From the NCBI GenBank assembly GCA_965240325.2, contig OZ251232.1, positions 372,001 to 436,000 on the forward strand: a DNA stretch of 64,000 nt, in the 5' to 3' direction. The notes beneath the pieces are model-generated. The model was not told where the DNA came from, did not search any database, and saw only the letters and a program-made list of their open reading frames with translations. This stretch comes from Rebecca billardiae RCC1528 (Eukaryota > Protista > Haptophyta). A program made the position numbers and the translations under genes. Positions within the stretch are counted from its first letter, which is position 1, and each line of letters begins with the position of its first letter. Positions 45,424-57,152 of this stretch are shown piece after piece.

Positions 45424-46814
45424 ATGTCCATCTGCAGGCCGAAGCAGCCGCGCCAGGTGGGCGAGGAGAAGAATGGGAAGCTCGACGAGCCTCCGAAGAA
45501 GAAGGATCGCGCCACGCTCGAGAAGGAGTTCGCTGAGTGAGCGCACGAGCGCGGGGCAGCCCCCCATGGCGCCCGGTCTCCCGCGGGCACGCGCGTGGGC
45601 GCGCGCGGGCGCGCGCCGTGAGCTGACTGTGCCACGCACCCCGACCCGACGCAGGTCGCACGGCGAGTTCAAGATGGGGCTGGTGCACTGGGCCATCGTC
45701 GTCGTCATCTTTGTCCCGCTGCTCTTCCTCTTCTGGCAGCGCTTCCGCGTCGGCGCACCTATCAACAACTCGCTCATCCAGTACGGCCCTGTGCCCCGGG
45801 AGGTGACGTACGCGTACTGGGTGGTCTTCTCCTTCATCGTGACGGCGACGACGGTGACGTGGGTTGCAAAGCTCGGCACCAAGATGCTCACCATCCGCGG
45901 CCTGTGGATCGCGTACTTCCTCGTCGGCACGATGTTCAACCTGGTGGCGATGGACATTCTCCCCGACCACCTCAACTCGGAGCACCAGCTGGGCAACGTG
46001 CGGCACAACGGCTTCATCGCCACGTCGTGGATGCACCTGATCGTCGAGGCGATGCTGCTTGTCTCCGTCTTTGTCCCCAAGAGCCAGTGCGATTGGTGCG
46101 TCGCGCGCCTCGTCGCGCGTGCGCGCGCGCGCGCGTGCACCAAAGAAGGGAGCCATCGCGCGGGCCATGCCGGACCTGAGCGCCGGCCCTTTCCGCCGCG
46201 CGGCCGGGCGGCTCGGCAGGTACTGGACGCGGCTCGTCGTGTACGGCTACATCATCAACTTCCTCGCCTGCACCTCGCGCCAGAAGACCTTTAGCATCTA
46301 CATCCTCGTCGGCGGCGTGGGCTCGCTGCCGTCGGACACGCTCACGCTGATCGCCGGGTACGCCATCTACCGCCGCGCCAAGGACTGGAGCGTCAAGCTG
46401 CTGGCGATCGGGTGGGCCCTGCACATGCCGGGGATCCTGCTGATCCTCTCGTTCATGAACTACCGCTCCAAGATGGAGAACAGCTGGACCGGCTTCGCCC
46501 TCGCGTTTGTGCAGTTCCAGTACGCGCTGGTCGCGTACTCGCTCAGCAAGCACATCGTGCTGCGCGACCTGCCGGACGACGAGCTCGAGAAGGAGCTGCG
46601 CGAGAAGGGGATCATGGCGCCCGACCCGGAGCTGGACGAGGAGGACGACACGGAGAAGGGCGGGCTGATGAAGCAGAAGAAGGACGAGCGCCCTGTTTGG
46701 ACGATGAAGGACGCGCTCTTTGCGCTCAACCTGCTGGTGACGCTGATGACGGTTGTGTACATCATCGTCCCCTGGTTCACCGGCTACCTCGACATGCGCA
46801 ACTTCATCGAGTGA
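45424..46814 (+). CDS. Multi-pass membrane protein of unknown function, 3 exons (45424-45536, 45655-46095, 46220-46814)
   Basis: GTGAGC..CGCAG and GTGCGT..GGCAG introns join three frames into one hydrophobic protein with strong GC3 codon bias. Confidence 0.75.
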
Positions 46815-47313
46815 GGCGCATGCGCGCGTGCGCGCGTGGGGCGTGGCGGCCGTGGTCGCGCCGTGACGCCGCGCGGCGCGCTGCGTGCCGGACGACGGTG
46901 CCATCGTGCGGCGGCGGAGTTCAATGCCACTGCCGAGGCCGGCGCACCAGCAGTCAGTCAGCGCCTCGGCAAGGCTTAGGCTGCGCCCTCGCGAGCCTCG
47001 CAGACTCGCGGTGCTGCTGCGACGCCGCAGCGCGCGTGATGGAATCTACTAGGACCACCCGGCTCACTGACTGGCCAGCACCGCCGCACCGCGTAGCGCG
47101 GCGGACCGCTCACCGCAGTCCGTCGGCGGATCGGGATTACCGGAACGGGAAATACCCGCCGGGGGTACGTATCGATATATAGATAGTGTCAGTGATATAT
47201 ATACGCATGTGTGTCATCATGTGTATAGGCTGCTCATTCTATGATTTAATTTTAACGACACATCAGGGCGTAGGAGTGGTAGGACGGCGCAGGTTACTAC
47301 TCCTGACGATAAT

Positions 47314-49504
47314 GGCCCGCGGTGTAGGGCGGAGCGCGTAGCGTGGTGGCGTGGAGCCCCGCCGGGGGCCCTCACTACGTTGTCAAAAAGATCTTTTGAT
47401 CAAAGAAAAGGGGACGGGGGACGATTTTGAGGGGTGTTGGAGGGTGAGTTTTCGCTTTTTCGAAGGGTACGTTGGCCCATAGTGCTCTGCATTAGCAACT
47501 ACGCGCTTGACGAAATAAGCGCGCCCACGCCATTCCGCATAAGTCGATGGACGGACGTGGGATCAGATACCCCGGGGGTGAAACAAGTGAGTATTTTTGT
47601 CATTCTTGTATGCTGGAGTACGAGTTTGCCGAGCGACGTTTGATTGTTTTGGGTCGAAAACAGCTATGAGGCCAGATGCTTCTGAATATCGCTTTGTTTA
47701 AACAGCTACCCGCCTGTCTCGATGGATGAACCGCCTTATAATATTAAAAGAGATCCTTTTGAATAGCGCTTGTTCAACCACATTACCCGCCTGCCTCGAT
47801 GGATGAACCGCCTGTGCACTAATGTTAAACGAGATTCTTTGAATGGCGCCTATGGCGGCTTGTTAAAACGTAACAAGTTACCCGCCTACAAACCGGGCCT
47901 AAGCGCAACCTTTTGAAAGTGCATGTTGATGTGCATGGTCAGGGTCCTCCTCAACTACTGCATGTCGGCGTACTGCGTGCGCGCGCGGCGCGCTGCTATT
48001 TACCGATGCATCACTTGGTGCTGGAAACATAGGCCACACACTACGGGCACTTGGAAGTGATCAAGTTTTGCTACTTATTCACTAAACAGGAGCCGCCAGG
48101 CGCGCGCGCGGCCCCGTATATTTATTCGAACGAGCACGGAGGGTCTTTGCCCGAGCGTCTAGCGAGTAGCGAGCGAGTCCCCACGGCTGCTCGCTCGCTC
48201 GTTCGCGTTCGTCGCTGCGGCGCCCTGGCCGGGGACGTGCGTGTCGGCGCCGCGTACGCCGCGGTGCGCGCGCGGTGGCGGGAGCCGGCCGGCCGCTGGT
48301 CTCCCCCTCGCGCTCTGCTCTCGCCCTCGCGCTCCGCTCCGACGGCTCTCCCCGAGGCGTCGCGCGCGTCTCGGTCCGCGGTCTCGCCTCAGAGTCTCGC
48401 CAGGCCGTGCCGACGGCGCGCACACAGCGCCCCGCTGCAAAGCATGCGCGACGAGATCGCGGCGGGGGCGGCGAGATCGCGGCGGAGGCGGCGGTCAACA
48501 GCCTGCCCGCGGGCGCGTTCGTCGCTCGAGGAGGAGCGCGCAAGGGCGAGCCGAGTCCGGAGCACGCTCACGAGCTCGTTGGCGACGCCTTGAGGATCGG
48601 AGCGCGCCCGGAGCCACGCAGCGGAGATGAGCCGGATGCGCCCGGAGTTCGCGCAGCTGAAGGGCGAGCTCGAGCACGCGAGCTCGCTCCTCGACGCCGA
48701 GCGCGAGCTCCTCCTCAACTCGGTCGACGGCGACACTGATGCCAGAGACTAGAGAGGCCGTGCTGCATGCCAGCACGTGTGCGCGGAGGCGCTGTGCGCC
48801 GAGCTGGCGAAGCGCGGCGCCGAGCTCGACGCGCTGCGCGACGCGGCGACGGACGCGCTGGGCGCGCGCGGCGCCCTCGTCGCGACGCCCCGTGCAGCAG
48901 CTCGAGCAGCCAGCTGTGGAGTAGACGGCCGTCGAGGCGATCGGCGCCGGTTGAGCGCGCACGGGCTCCGACTGCCTGCCGCTGGCTGGCCGCCGCCGTC
49001 TTCGAGGCCGCCGACGCGGCGGAGGAGGCGGCGGGCGAGCACGGCGGCGCGGTGGAGCAGGCGCGCACGCGCGGCGGCAGGCGCGACGCCCCGCTCGCCT
49101 CGTTCCACCCCGAGCTCCCGCTCGGTCTCGGTGCGCGGCTGCGCAGCGGCAGGCCGGGGCAGCCGCGTGGCGCGCGCTCTCGCTCTGCCGGCACGAGGCG
49201 AGCCGGCTGAGCGACCAGCGGCCCGTCGTCGAGCGCATGGCGCAGCGCGAGCACCTCAAGCAGGTGCGCCCGCACGCGCGCACGCGCCGGCCCGCGCCAC
49301 GGCGGCCGCTTCCCCGCGCGGCCCGGGCGGCGCGTCGGCGTCGGCGACAGTGACTCGGCCCGCCGGCCCGGTGGGCGGCAACTGAGTTGGCGGTGGCAGC
49401 TCAGGCGACTGTTACGCATGTCAGACTGACAGCAGCCGACGGAGCGGGTACACCGCGGGCCCCTAACTGCGTTGGTTCTACGGAAGGACCGCGGAACGCG
49501 GTCA
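47314..49504. mobile_element. GG..CC-ended (Kolobok-like) element, copy 2, inverted relative to 22831-24380, with a different interior
   Basis: 47314-47430 is the reverse complement of 24272-24380, and 49438-49503 of 22832-22901; TSD degenerate (TAAT/TATT). Confidence 0.6.
47694..47888. repeat. ~78-bp tandem repeat, about 2.5 units
   Basis: tacccgcctgYctcgatggatgaaccgcct...gagatYcttt recurs. Confidence 0.75.
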
Positions 49505-50004
49505 TATTCACTGATATGATGATTACTGATGATGATACTGATGACTATATTTACTCATATTATTATTATAAATCATACTCGGTCGCTCTGATGAACCGTC
49601 AACACTCACAGTACACTACACAGTACAGTCACGCAGTGACTCACTCTGTCAGTACATCACTCGTCTGAGTGAGTGAGAGTCCGCGGGCGATGCGACATGC
49701 GTCACGCGGTGAGCGAGGCACGACGACGACGCCGGCACTGACGGGCAGGCCATAGCGACTACTGATTCACTCAGATACTCATCATATATACTCAGCATAC
49801 TGGCGGACCGGGCCCGGCCCCGTGGGGGGCCTGGCACCGTGGTGCAGGTGCGGGCCTAGACTACGGGCCGCGAGACGCGGGCCGCAGACGGGCACGGCCG
49901 GCACGGGGGCGGGGCAGCCCCGTGAGCCCGGGCGGCGCGGGCCAGGCCGCTAGTCTGAGCTAGCTGCTGGCATCATATATATATCATATGCATGCAATAA
50001 TCGA

Positions 50005-50858
50005 CCCGTTGCACGCGTGAGCGCCGAAAAAACGACACTTTGGCAGTGATAGTCATCAGCACCGTCGCCGCATCGTGGGCATGCCGCTGCCGCCGCCGGC
50101 GGCGGCAGCGGGAGCGTGGCAGCAGATCTACCACCTTCCGCGTTACGCGCTGCGTCGTGCGCGCCAGGTGGCAGGTTTCCCAGGTCCGCCGCGCGGAAGG
50201 CAGCGTGAGCGGTCGGCGAGCGCACGGAGATGAGAAGTAAGCGCGCATCGTGAGAGCTTCAGCAGCTTGCCCACGCGCTTCACGAAGGCGGTGTGGTTGC
50301 GTGCGCACGCCTTCTGTACCCGTACCCGCGATCAAAGCGTGAGCCACTCCCTAGGTCTTGCCTGCGCATCGCGGGCCGCGCCTCGTCTCCTGAATCCTCG
50401 TTCACGAGGACAGCACGTGTATCCGTGTACGCGCTCGCGGCCGATGGCGGCTCCCCGCGTCGAGAGCCGTTTGGCTGGAGCCGCATCCAAGGGCATGTAT
50501 CCTCACGGCCCCACCCGATGCTGACGCTGAGGTGGCGTGCTTGCCGAAGGTAGCCGCATTGGCTGATCTCTCTGCCTTTGGGCAACCCTTTGCAACCGCG
50601 CCGGCTCACGCTGCCAGCGCGCGCGCGGCGTGGCTTCGTGGTGGACACCTGCCCTGGGTTTTGTCGTTCGTTCTCAGCGACGGTTGGGTCGATTGACATG
50701 CGGATTGGATTGGTGCATTGCGAATCGGCTTCGCAATGCACCATTGCGCTCGGATCGGCGCGGACGTCAGCCATGCGGCAGCGCGAGCGACAAAACCGCG
50801 AGATTTCATACGCTTGTCGTTTTTTCATACGCTCACGGTTACTCACCCGTGCAACGGG
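50005..50858. mobile_element. piggyBac-like MITE
   Basis: TIR CCCGTTGCACGSGTGAG...GAAAAAACGACA, inverted at 50815-50858; flanks TCGA/TCAA. The inverted similarity extends weakly to 49995/50868, so the ends are uncertain. Confidence 0.55.
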
Positions 50859-51883
50859 TCAATCACTGATATATAAGTGAATCACGCAGCCGCAGGCCGC
50901 GTCCGCGGCGTCGGCGCCCGGGCGGGCAGGCGGCGTCATGCAGTCCGAGTGACTCACTCCGTTTTGAGGGGGGGGGACGACGGCGAGGAGCGCTGATCCT
51001 GGTGTTTGTCTCTGCTGCTCGATCTGCTGCTACAGCTTGCTGACTCTGACGCCTGCCCGTTGCATACCACGTCGTTAATATACTACCACAGCAACGATTT
51101 CTTTTTTAAAGCGGCCGTTAAGGAAACTCCAACAAAGGAATGGCGGGCCGTAGGTCCGCCCCTTGTAGTGCCCGGGAAAAAGATAAGAAAAAGAAAAAGG
51201 AAAAAGAAAATCGCCTCGCAGAGAAAAGAAAATCGCCTCGCTCACTGCCGGGTCGCTTCGCTCACTACCGGGCGCCCTCGCAGCTCCCACTGGGGACGCT
51301 CGGCCGAAAACCATCTGGCGCCTGGCGCGGAGCGCGTGGGCGGCGCGCGCCAAATCCAACGCCGGCGCGGACATCGCGAGAAGACTCCCGAACGGTGTTT
51401 TCGCCCGATTCGCGATTGCTGCCCTCGTCGTCTCGCGTGCAGGTCGAACGGGGGCCAAAGTCGACGCGTTTGGAGGCACGCTCGGCGCGTCGACACGATC
51501 GTGCGACCTGGGGCGGTCCTCGCCCGACTTGCACGTCGAGCGCTCGCACGGGCCATAGCATCAAGCGCTGCGCTCGACAACCACCTCGCGCGATCCACCG
51601 CCGCGCGTCGAGTTCGGTGCGGAGAGGCCCTCATCACGAGGTGTCTCGCGGGCGGGAAGCGCCATCGCACGCGACGCAAGATTTGGCGCGGCCTTCTGAA
51701 CACCATAACCGGAATGCACACACCGGACTGTCGTCGCGTGCCCCGGTTGGCAAGGTCGGGCGCATGCAAATCCGTTTGCTACGGTCGGTGGTGTTCCAGA
51801 GCGAGCGATCATCTTTCATCTTTCACGCTCGCGAGCTCGCGGCCAAAGATCGCTCGGCGCTCGAGGACCCACGTCCGGCCTGC

Positions 51884-52759
51884 ATGGCGTCGACGGTGGC
51901 CAATGCGACGGAGGGGCAGCGCGAAGCGGCGTACGACGCGCACCGCACGCACCTGTCGGGTCTGCCGCCGTGGCAGGAACCGCGTCTTCGCGAGTCGGCG
52001 ACTGAGGCGACAACGCGCTATCGCCGATCCCAGACGCGCATCCGCGACGAGATGAAACGTCGAGCGTGCAACATCGTCGCCCCATCCTCGCCCATGGCAC
52101 GGGCGCTGCGGGACGAGGCCGACGTCGTGAAGCCAGTGGCACATGCGCTGCGCTTCATGTGTTTGCTCGAGCAGCGCGTGCCCACCGTCGATCGCGAGTG
52201 GCACACGCTCTCGCACTGCGCGCGCGTACACCGCCAACAGCTCCTGATACCGCCGAACGTGCGAGTGCCGGACCTGTCGCGCGGAGCGGCGAGCGCCGAC
52301 GAGCGCTTGGACCTGGACGCGCTGTTGCGCAGCGTGGCGGCCGTGCACGACGCCGACGCGACCTTCGCCGAGCCCATCGTGCCTGGAGCGGACATTGGCA
52401 TCCTCGCGACACACGATCTCAGCTGGCGGCAGGAGGAGATGCTCACGATCTCCTCTGGCGGATTCGTTGGCGGCGAGGCTCTCGACTACGTCATCGCGGT
52501 CGAGATGCGGCACATGCAGCGCGTACGCGAGCTCGCGCGGAGCAACGGGCTGCCCGCCCCGCCCCGCGTGCTGCACGTTCCCTCGTGGGTGTGGACCTTG
52601 CTCATGGGTGCGGGCGTGTACGCGTGGGAGAAGGTGGCCGACATCTTTGCGCTCTTCGACCTGAACGAGTACGACGTGCTCTCCTTCGTCATCAACCAGA
52701 ACGGCAACCACTGGGCGCAGGGGGTCGTCGACTTGCGCCGCGAGCTCACAATCATCTCG
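51884..52759 (+). pseudogene. Ulp1/SENP (peptidase C48)-like fragment inside the CMC element
   Basis: GGFVGGEALDYVI...RVLHVPSWVWTLL...DLNEYDVLSFVINQNGNHWAQGVVDL; no downstream Asp or QxxxxDCG motif found. Confidence 0.65.
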
Positions 52760-53390
52760 GTATGTCGCATTGTTATTCGTAGTCATCCTGCCCGTCAAAC
52801 CGCTATAAATAAAAGGCGCGAACCCGCTGGGGAAATATTGCGACAGCACTGGCACGGCCCGCCGACCCCCCCGCCCGCCAGGGCAGAGTTTTTTCGGCCG
52901 TTAACGGCTGAATCTGGTGGTCCGGGCCAAATCCCGAGAGCGTTCGTCGCTCGGCGTCGCACGGACGCGGTCGGAGGGCTTGGCGAGCGGACGTTCGACT
53001 CGCGGTGCGAGCGCGCGCCGTGCGTGCGCGTGTGGCGGCGTCCACGTCGCCGCTGCGCCACCGGTGCTCTAATCGCGGGTGTTCCCCAACCTATCCCCCG
53101 CCTGCCCCGCACCCGCTCCGCGTCCCGACGCGCCACACCGATCTACTTTGCTAGGTCTGTTCGTAACACGGTGCGAATTCGCGCCCGCCCGCACGCCGCT
53201 GCGCGCGGGGATGCAGGAAGTGTATGGAGGGGCGCGGAGTTGTTATTCAGGCGGCGGGTTGCTCGTGATCCACGCACATGCGCAGCGGGAACGCTTACTT
53301 TTGCATGGGTGACCGGGAATTTGCATCAGACTAACTTGCTGCGGCTGCGCCCGGCACGGCCGCGCGGGACCGCGCTCGCCGCGCGCAGCA

Positions 53391-56200
53391 ATGACGACGG
53401 CTGTGCTTACCGTGGGCAAGGGCAAGCGTTCCTGCGCGAAGCCGAAGAAGCTCAAGCTGCATCGCAAAGGTGCCTAACGCATCGGGCGCCACGTCTCTGC
53501 CGCATCTGCATGGCTGCGCATGGCCGCGGCGCTAGCCGCACGAGATGCTCAAGCTGCGCGCGCGCGAGGCCGCGAGCGAGGTGGACCACTCGATCATGCC
53601 GAACGAGAACTACCTGGCGGAGGTCAAGCGCAGCGTCAACAGCCTCGTCGCCATCAAGGCCCAGCGGAAGAAGAACAACCTGCTGCGTGTAGCCAAGCTG
53701 CGGCTCTTCTCGTGAGACGCGCTCGTCTTGCATGCCTTCACCTAGCTCGACGACGAGGGCGTCGTGCACTAGGCGCGCGAGAAGGACCGCACACTGCGCA
53801 TCGTGGGCTCGCGCCAGCCCGAGAGTTCTCGACGTGGCTCAACCTGGGCATGCGCCACCCGATCCCGCCGCCGGTGGCTGGCTCACGTGAGAGCGCGCTG
53901 CGCAATCGCGAGCACGCGGGCGCGGGCGTGATGATGATCGGCAGCGAGTCGGCGGCGCGGCCGTGGGCGCAGGCCGTGGGCGCCGTGCTGGATCGCTTGG
54001 AGCACTACGGCAAGTCCGCGCGCCCGCGCGGGCAGCCGCATGTCCTCCTCTTCTCGGCGGACACGGGCCAAACGCAGCGCACTCGCGCTCGGCCACGATC
54101 GCCATCGTGCGCAACGATGAGGGTGTTGCGCTCGCGTCGTCGGAGGCGATCGCCATCTCGGAGCGGCCGGACTCGGACATGCCCGAGCTATGGAGTGCGG
54201 ACGCCGACGGGATCAATGACGTGATCCGGAGCGGCCGGCTCCCACCGCGACCGGCGCCGCCAGCTGCCGCCGCTGCACGTGGCCAACGCGGCAGGGCGGC
54301 GCGCGGCTGGCGGCGCTGCAGGCGGCGCGGCCGGCGACGCGGCCGGCGGCGCGGCCGGCGGCAGCGGCGGCAGCGGCAGCGGTAGCGGCGTAGCTGGCGG
54401 TGCCGCCGGCGCTGGAGTCCGCGCGGCCGGTTGCGCGGTCGGCGGCGCGGCCGGCGGCGCGGCGGGCGGCGCGGCTGGCAACGCGGGCGCGTCCGCGGGC
54501 ACGGGCGGCGGCGCGGCCGGCGCGAGCGGCAGCGGCAGCGGCGTGGCTGGCGGCACAGTCGGCGCTGGCGTCCGTGCGGCCGGTGGCGCGGCCGGCGGCG
54601 CGGCCAGCGGCGCGGCTGACAGCGCGGGCGGTGGCGCGGCCGGCGGCGGCACTGCCGGCGGCGCGCGGCCGGCGGCGCGGCCGCGCGCGGCCGGCGCGGC
54701 CGGCAGCAGCGGCGGCGGCGGCAGCTGCAGCGACAGCGGCGTGACTGGCGGCACAGCCGGCGTTGGCGTCCGCGCGGCCGGTGGCGCGGCCTGCGGCGCG
54801 GCCGGCGGCGCGGCTGACAGCGCGGGCGATGGCGGGCCCGGTGGCGGCGCGCCCGACGGCGGCACGCCCGACAACTGCGCGCCAGGCGGCGGTGCGCCCG
54901 GCGACGCGGCCGGACGCGGCCGGCGGCGCGGCTGGCAACGCGGGCGCGGGTGCTGGCGGCGGCGCGGGCGGCGCGGGCGGCAGCTGCAGTGGCGTAGCTG
55001 GTGGCACAGCTGGCGTTGGCGTCCGCGCGGCTGGAGGCGCGGCCGGAGGTGCGGCCGGCGGCGCGGACAGCGGCGCGGCTGACAGCGCTGGCGATCGCGC
55101 GGCCGGCGGCGGCGCGGCCGGCGGCGGCGCGGCCGGCGGCGGCGCGGCCGGTGCGGGCGGCAGCAGCAGCACTGGTGGCAGCAGCAGCGGCAGCTGCGTG
55201 GCTGGCGGCACCGCTGGCGCTGGCGTCCGCGCGGCCGGTGGCGCGGCCGGCGGCGCGGCCGGGGGCGCGGCCGGGGGCGCGGCTGGCAACGCGGGCGCGG
55301 GCGCGGGCGCGGGCGGCGGCGTGGGCGGCGCGGCCGGCAGTGGCAGCGGCGTGGCTAGCGGCACAGCCGGTGCTGGCGTCCGCGTGGCCGGTGGCGCGGC
55401 ATGTGGCGCGGCCAGCGGTGCGGCTGACAGTGCGGGTGGTGGTGCGGCTGGTGGCGACGCGGCCGGCGGCGGCGCGGCCGGCGGCGGCGCGCAGCAGCGC
55501 GGCCTCGGTGGCAGCACTGCCTCGGCAGGCGGCAGCGCGGCCGGCGGCGGTTTTGGCGGCGGCGCCGAGGCGGCCGACTACGCGGAGGAGCAGAAGGCCA
55601 TCGTGGCGTGCACCGGCGCTTACGTCAGCCTCGCCAGCCTCGCCGGCCAGGGCTCGCACAACGTCCCACCGCTCCGCTTCAACGTCTGGGCGGTCACGGA
55701 GGCGGGCGCAGACGGCGTCTCGCCTCAGGCGGCGGGGGCGCCTCGTGCAGCTCGCGGACGAGCAGGTGCAGGGGCATTTCGTGCAGGTGACCAAGCGTGC
55801 GATGCCGCTCGTGCACGCGCGCAAGTCACTCAACTCATTCGTCCGCGAGTACGCCGAGGGGAAGAAGTCGACGGCGGAGCCGCACATCTCGACGGTCGCG
55901 CAGCTCGTGCGCCGCGTGTCGCTTGCGACGTTTGCAGAGGAGTTCGGCGACAAGGTGCGACGGCTCTGGCTGAAGAAGTACGCCAAGCGGCAGCGCGAAT
56001 GGCAGCGCAGGGCGGAGACCGACGCGATCGACCTGATCGCGGAGTGCATGACGGCGCGCAAGCTCCTGCGCGAGGAGGCTGGGCTTCCGGAGAAGGAGTT
56101 TTCGGCACTCAGGAGCAAATTGATGGCGGCGCGCTCGGACCGCTCGGTGACGGTGATTTACGGCGCGGATGTCGCGCGCGACGGTAGCGGGGCTGGGTAG
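53391..56200 (+). pseudogene. Decayed second ORF of the CMC element, containing a Gly/Ala-coding tandem repeat block (~54280-55560)
   Basis: Coding-like sequence with in-frame stops at 53713, 53743 and 53770 plus several frame changes; GGAAGGAADSAGG-type repeats. Confidence 0.5.
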
Positions 56201-57152
56201 CGGCAATCAGGCAGCTGACGGTGCGGGCATGCAGGGGAGACCAGCCGCGCGCGCGCGCCGCCCCCTAGGGGCGCGCGCGCAGCGCATAGTAATTTTTCGA
56301 AAATTAATCTGGCCGCTGGACACGCTATAACGGCCGCTTTATAAAAATGAAGTCGTTGCTGTGACCGTTATTGCAGTCACTCCGTCCGACCCGGACGCCG
56401 GCCCCGCCGCCCGCGAGGCGCGAGTGACGACTGACGAGTGGCATATTTCAGTGAGCCTCAGTCTATATAGAGTCTTGACTCGCGGGAGTCAGGTCGATCA
56501 TCAGCGGCACCAACTACCATTACCAAGCGCGGCAGCGGCCTGACCGGGTGATGTGAACGATTGTCGATTGAACGTCGTCAAGTCGTCAATTGAGCGAACG
56601 AGTCGTCGCGTGCCGCGTATGCGCCGTGCCGTGCAACTTGGCCAGCGGCGTGCAGTTCGGCCAGGACTTCTGCCGGACCCAGGCCCAGTCCCGGGAGCCA
56701 GCAGTGAAAGGCGCTGTGCGCAGAGAGAGGAGCCCACGGTCCGCGCGCGGGGCGGAGCGGCGCTGCCGCTGGTGAGTGAGCAGCTAGGTGGCCCTGGCGA
56801 TGACGCGCGCACTGAGCCCGTCAAGGCCGTCAACAGGCGCCGTGTGCTCAGCGCACAGCCACAGGGCTGCTCGGTCTGGTGCGGCCGGTGCGAGGGAGGA
56901 GCGAGCCGGGGCGGCGCTCGTCGACTCTCCCCGCGGGCCTCCGGCGGCGCTCGCGCCACGCACGCTCCGCCTCGGCCGGGCGAGGCTCGGAGAGTCGGAT
57001 CGGCGGCGCCACGCGGCGCCAGCCGAGAGCAGCAGCTGACGGCGGGGTGGCGCGCACGAGCGCACAGCCGCGCACTGCTGCCCACGCGAGCCGCGCGGGT
57101 GCGCGCGCTCGGAGGGGCGATGGGCGGCCTGCCGGCGGGGCGCGCGCCGACC

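Larger units (their letters stand above)
51087..56363 (+). mobile_element. EnSpm/CACTA (CMC)-like element, decayed, no transposase seen
   Basis: ~34-bp TIR CACAGCAACGA(T/C)TTC..TTTTT..AAAGCGGCCGTTA; 2-bp TSD AC (51085-51086/56364-56365). Confidence 0.85.

Noticed and set aside
50280-50846. RNase H-like YTDTRAVL motif
   Set aside because: Isolated motif inside a MITE with no other RT or RNase H signature.
51140-53692. 850-aa ORF as a real protein
   Set aside because: Only 51884-52759 looks protein-like; the rest reads through subterminal and non-coding TE sequence.
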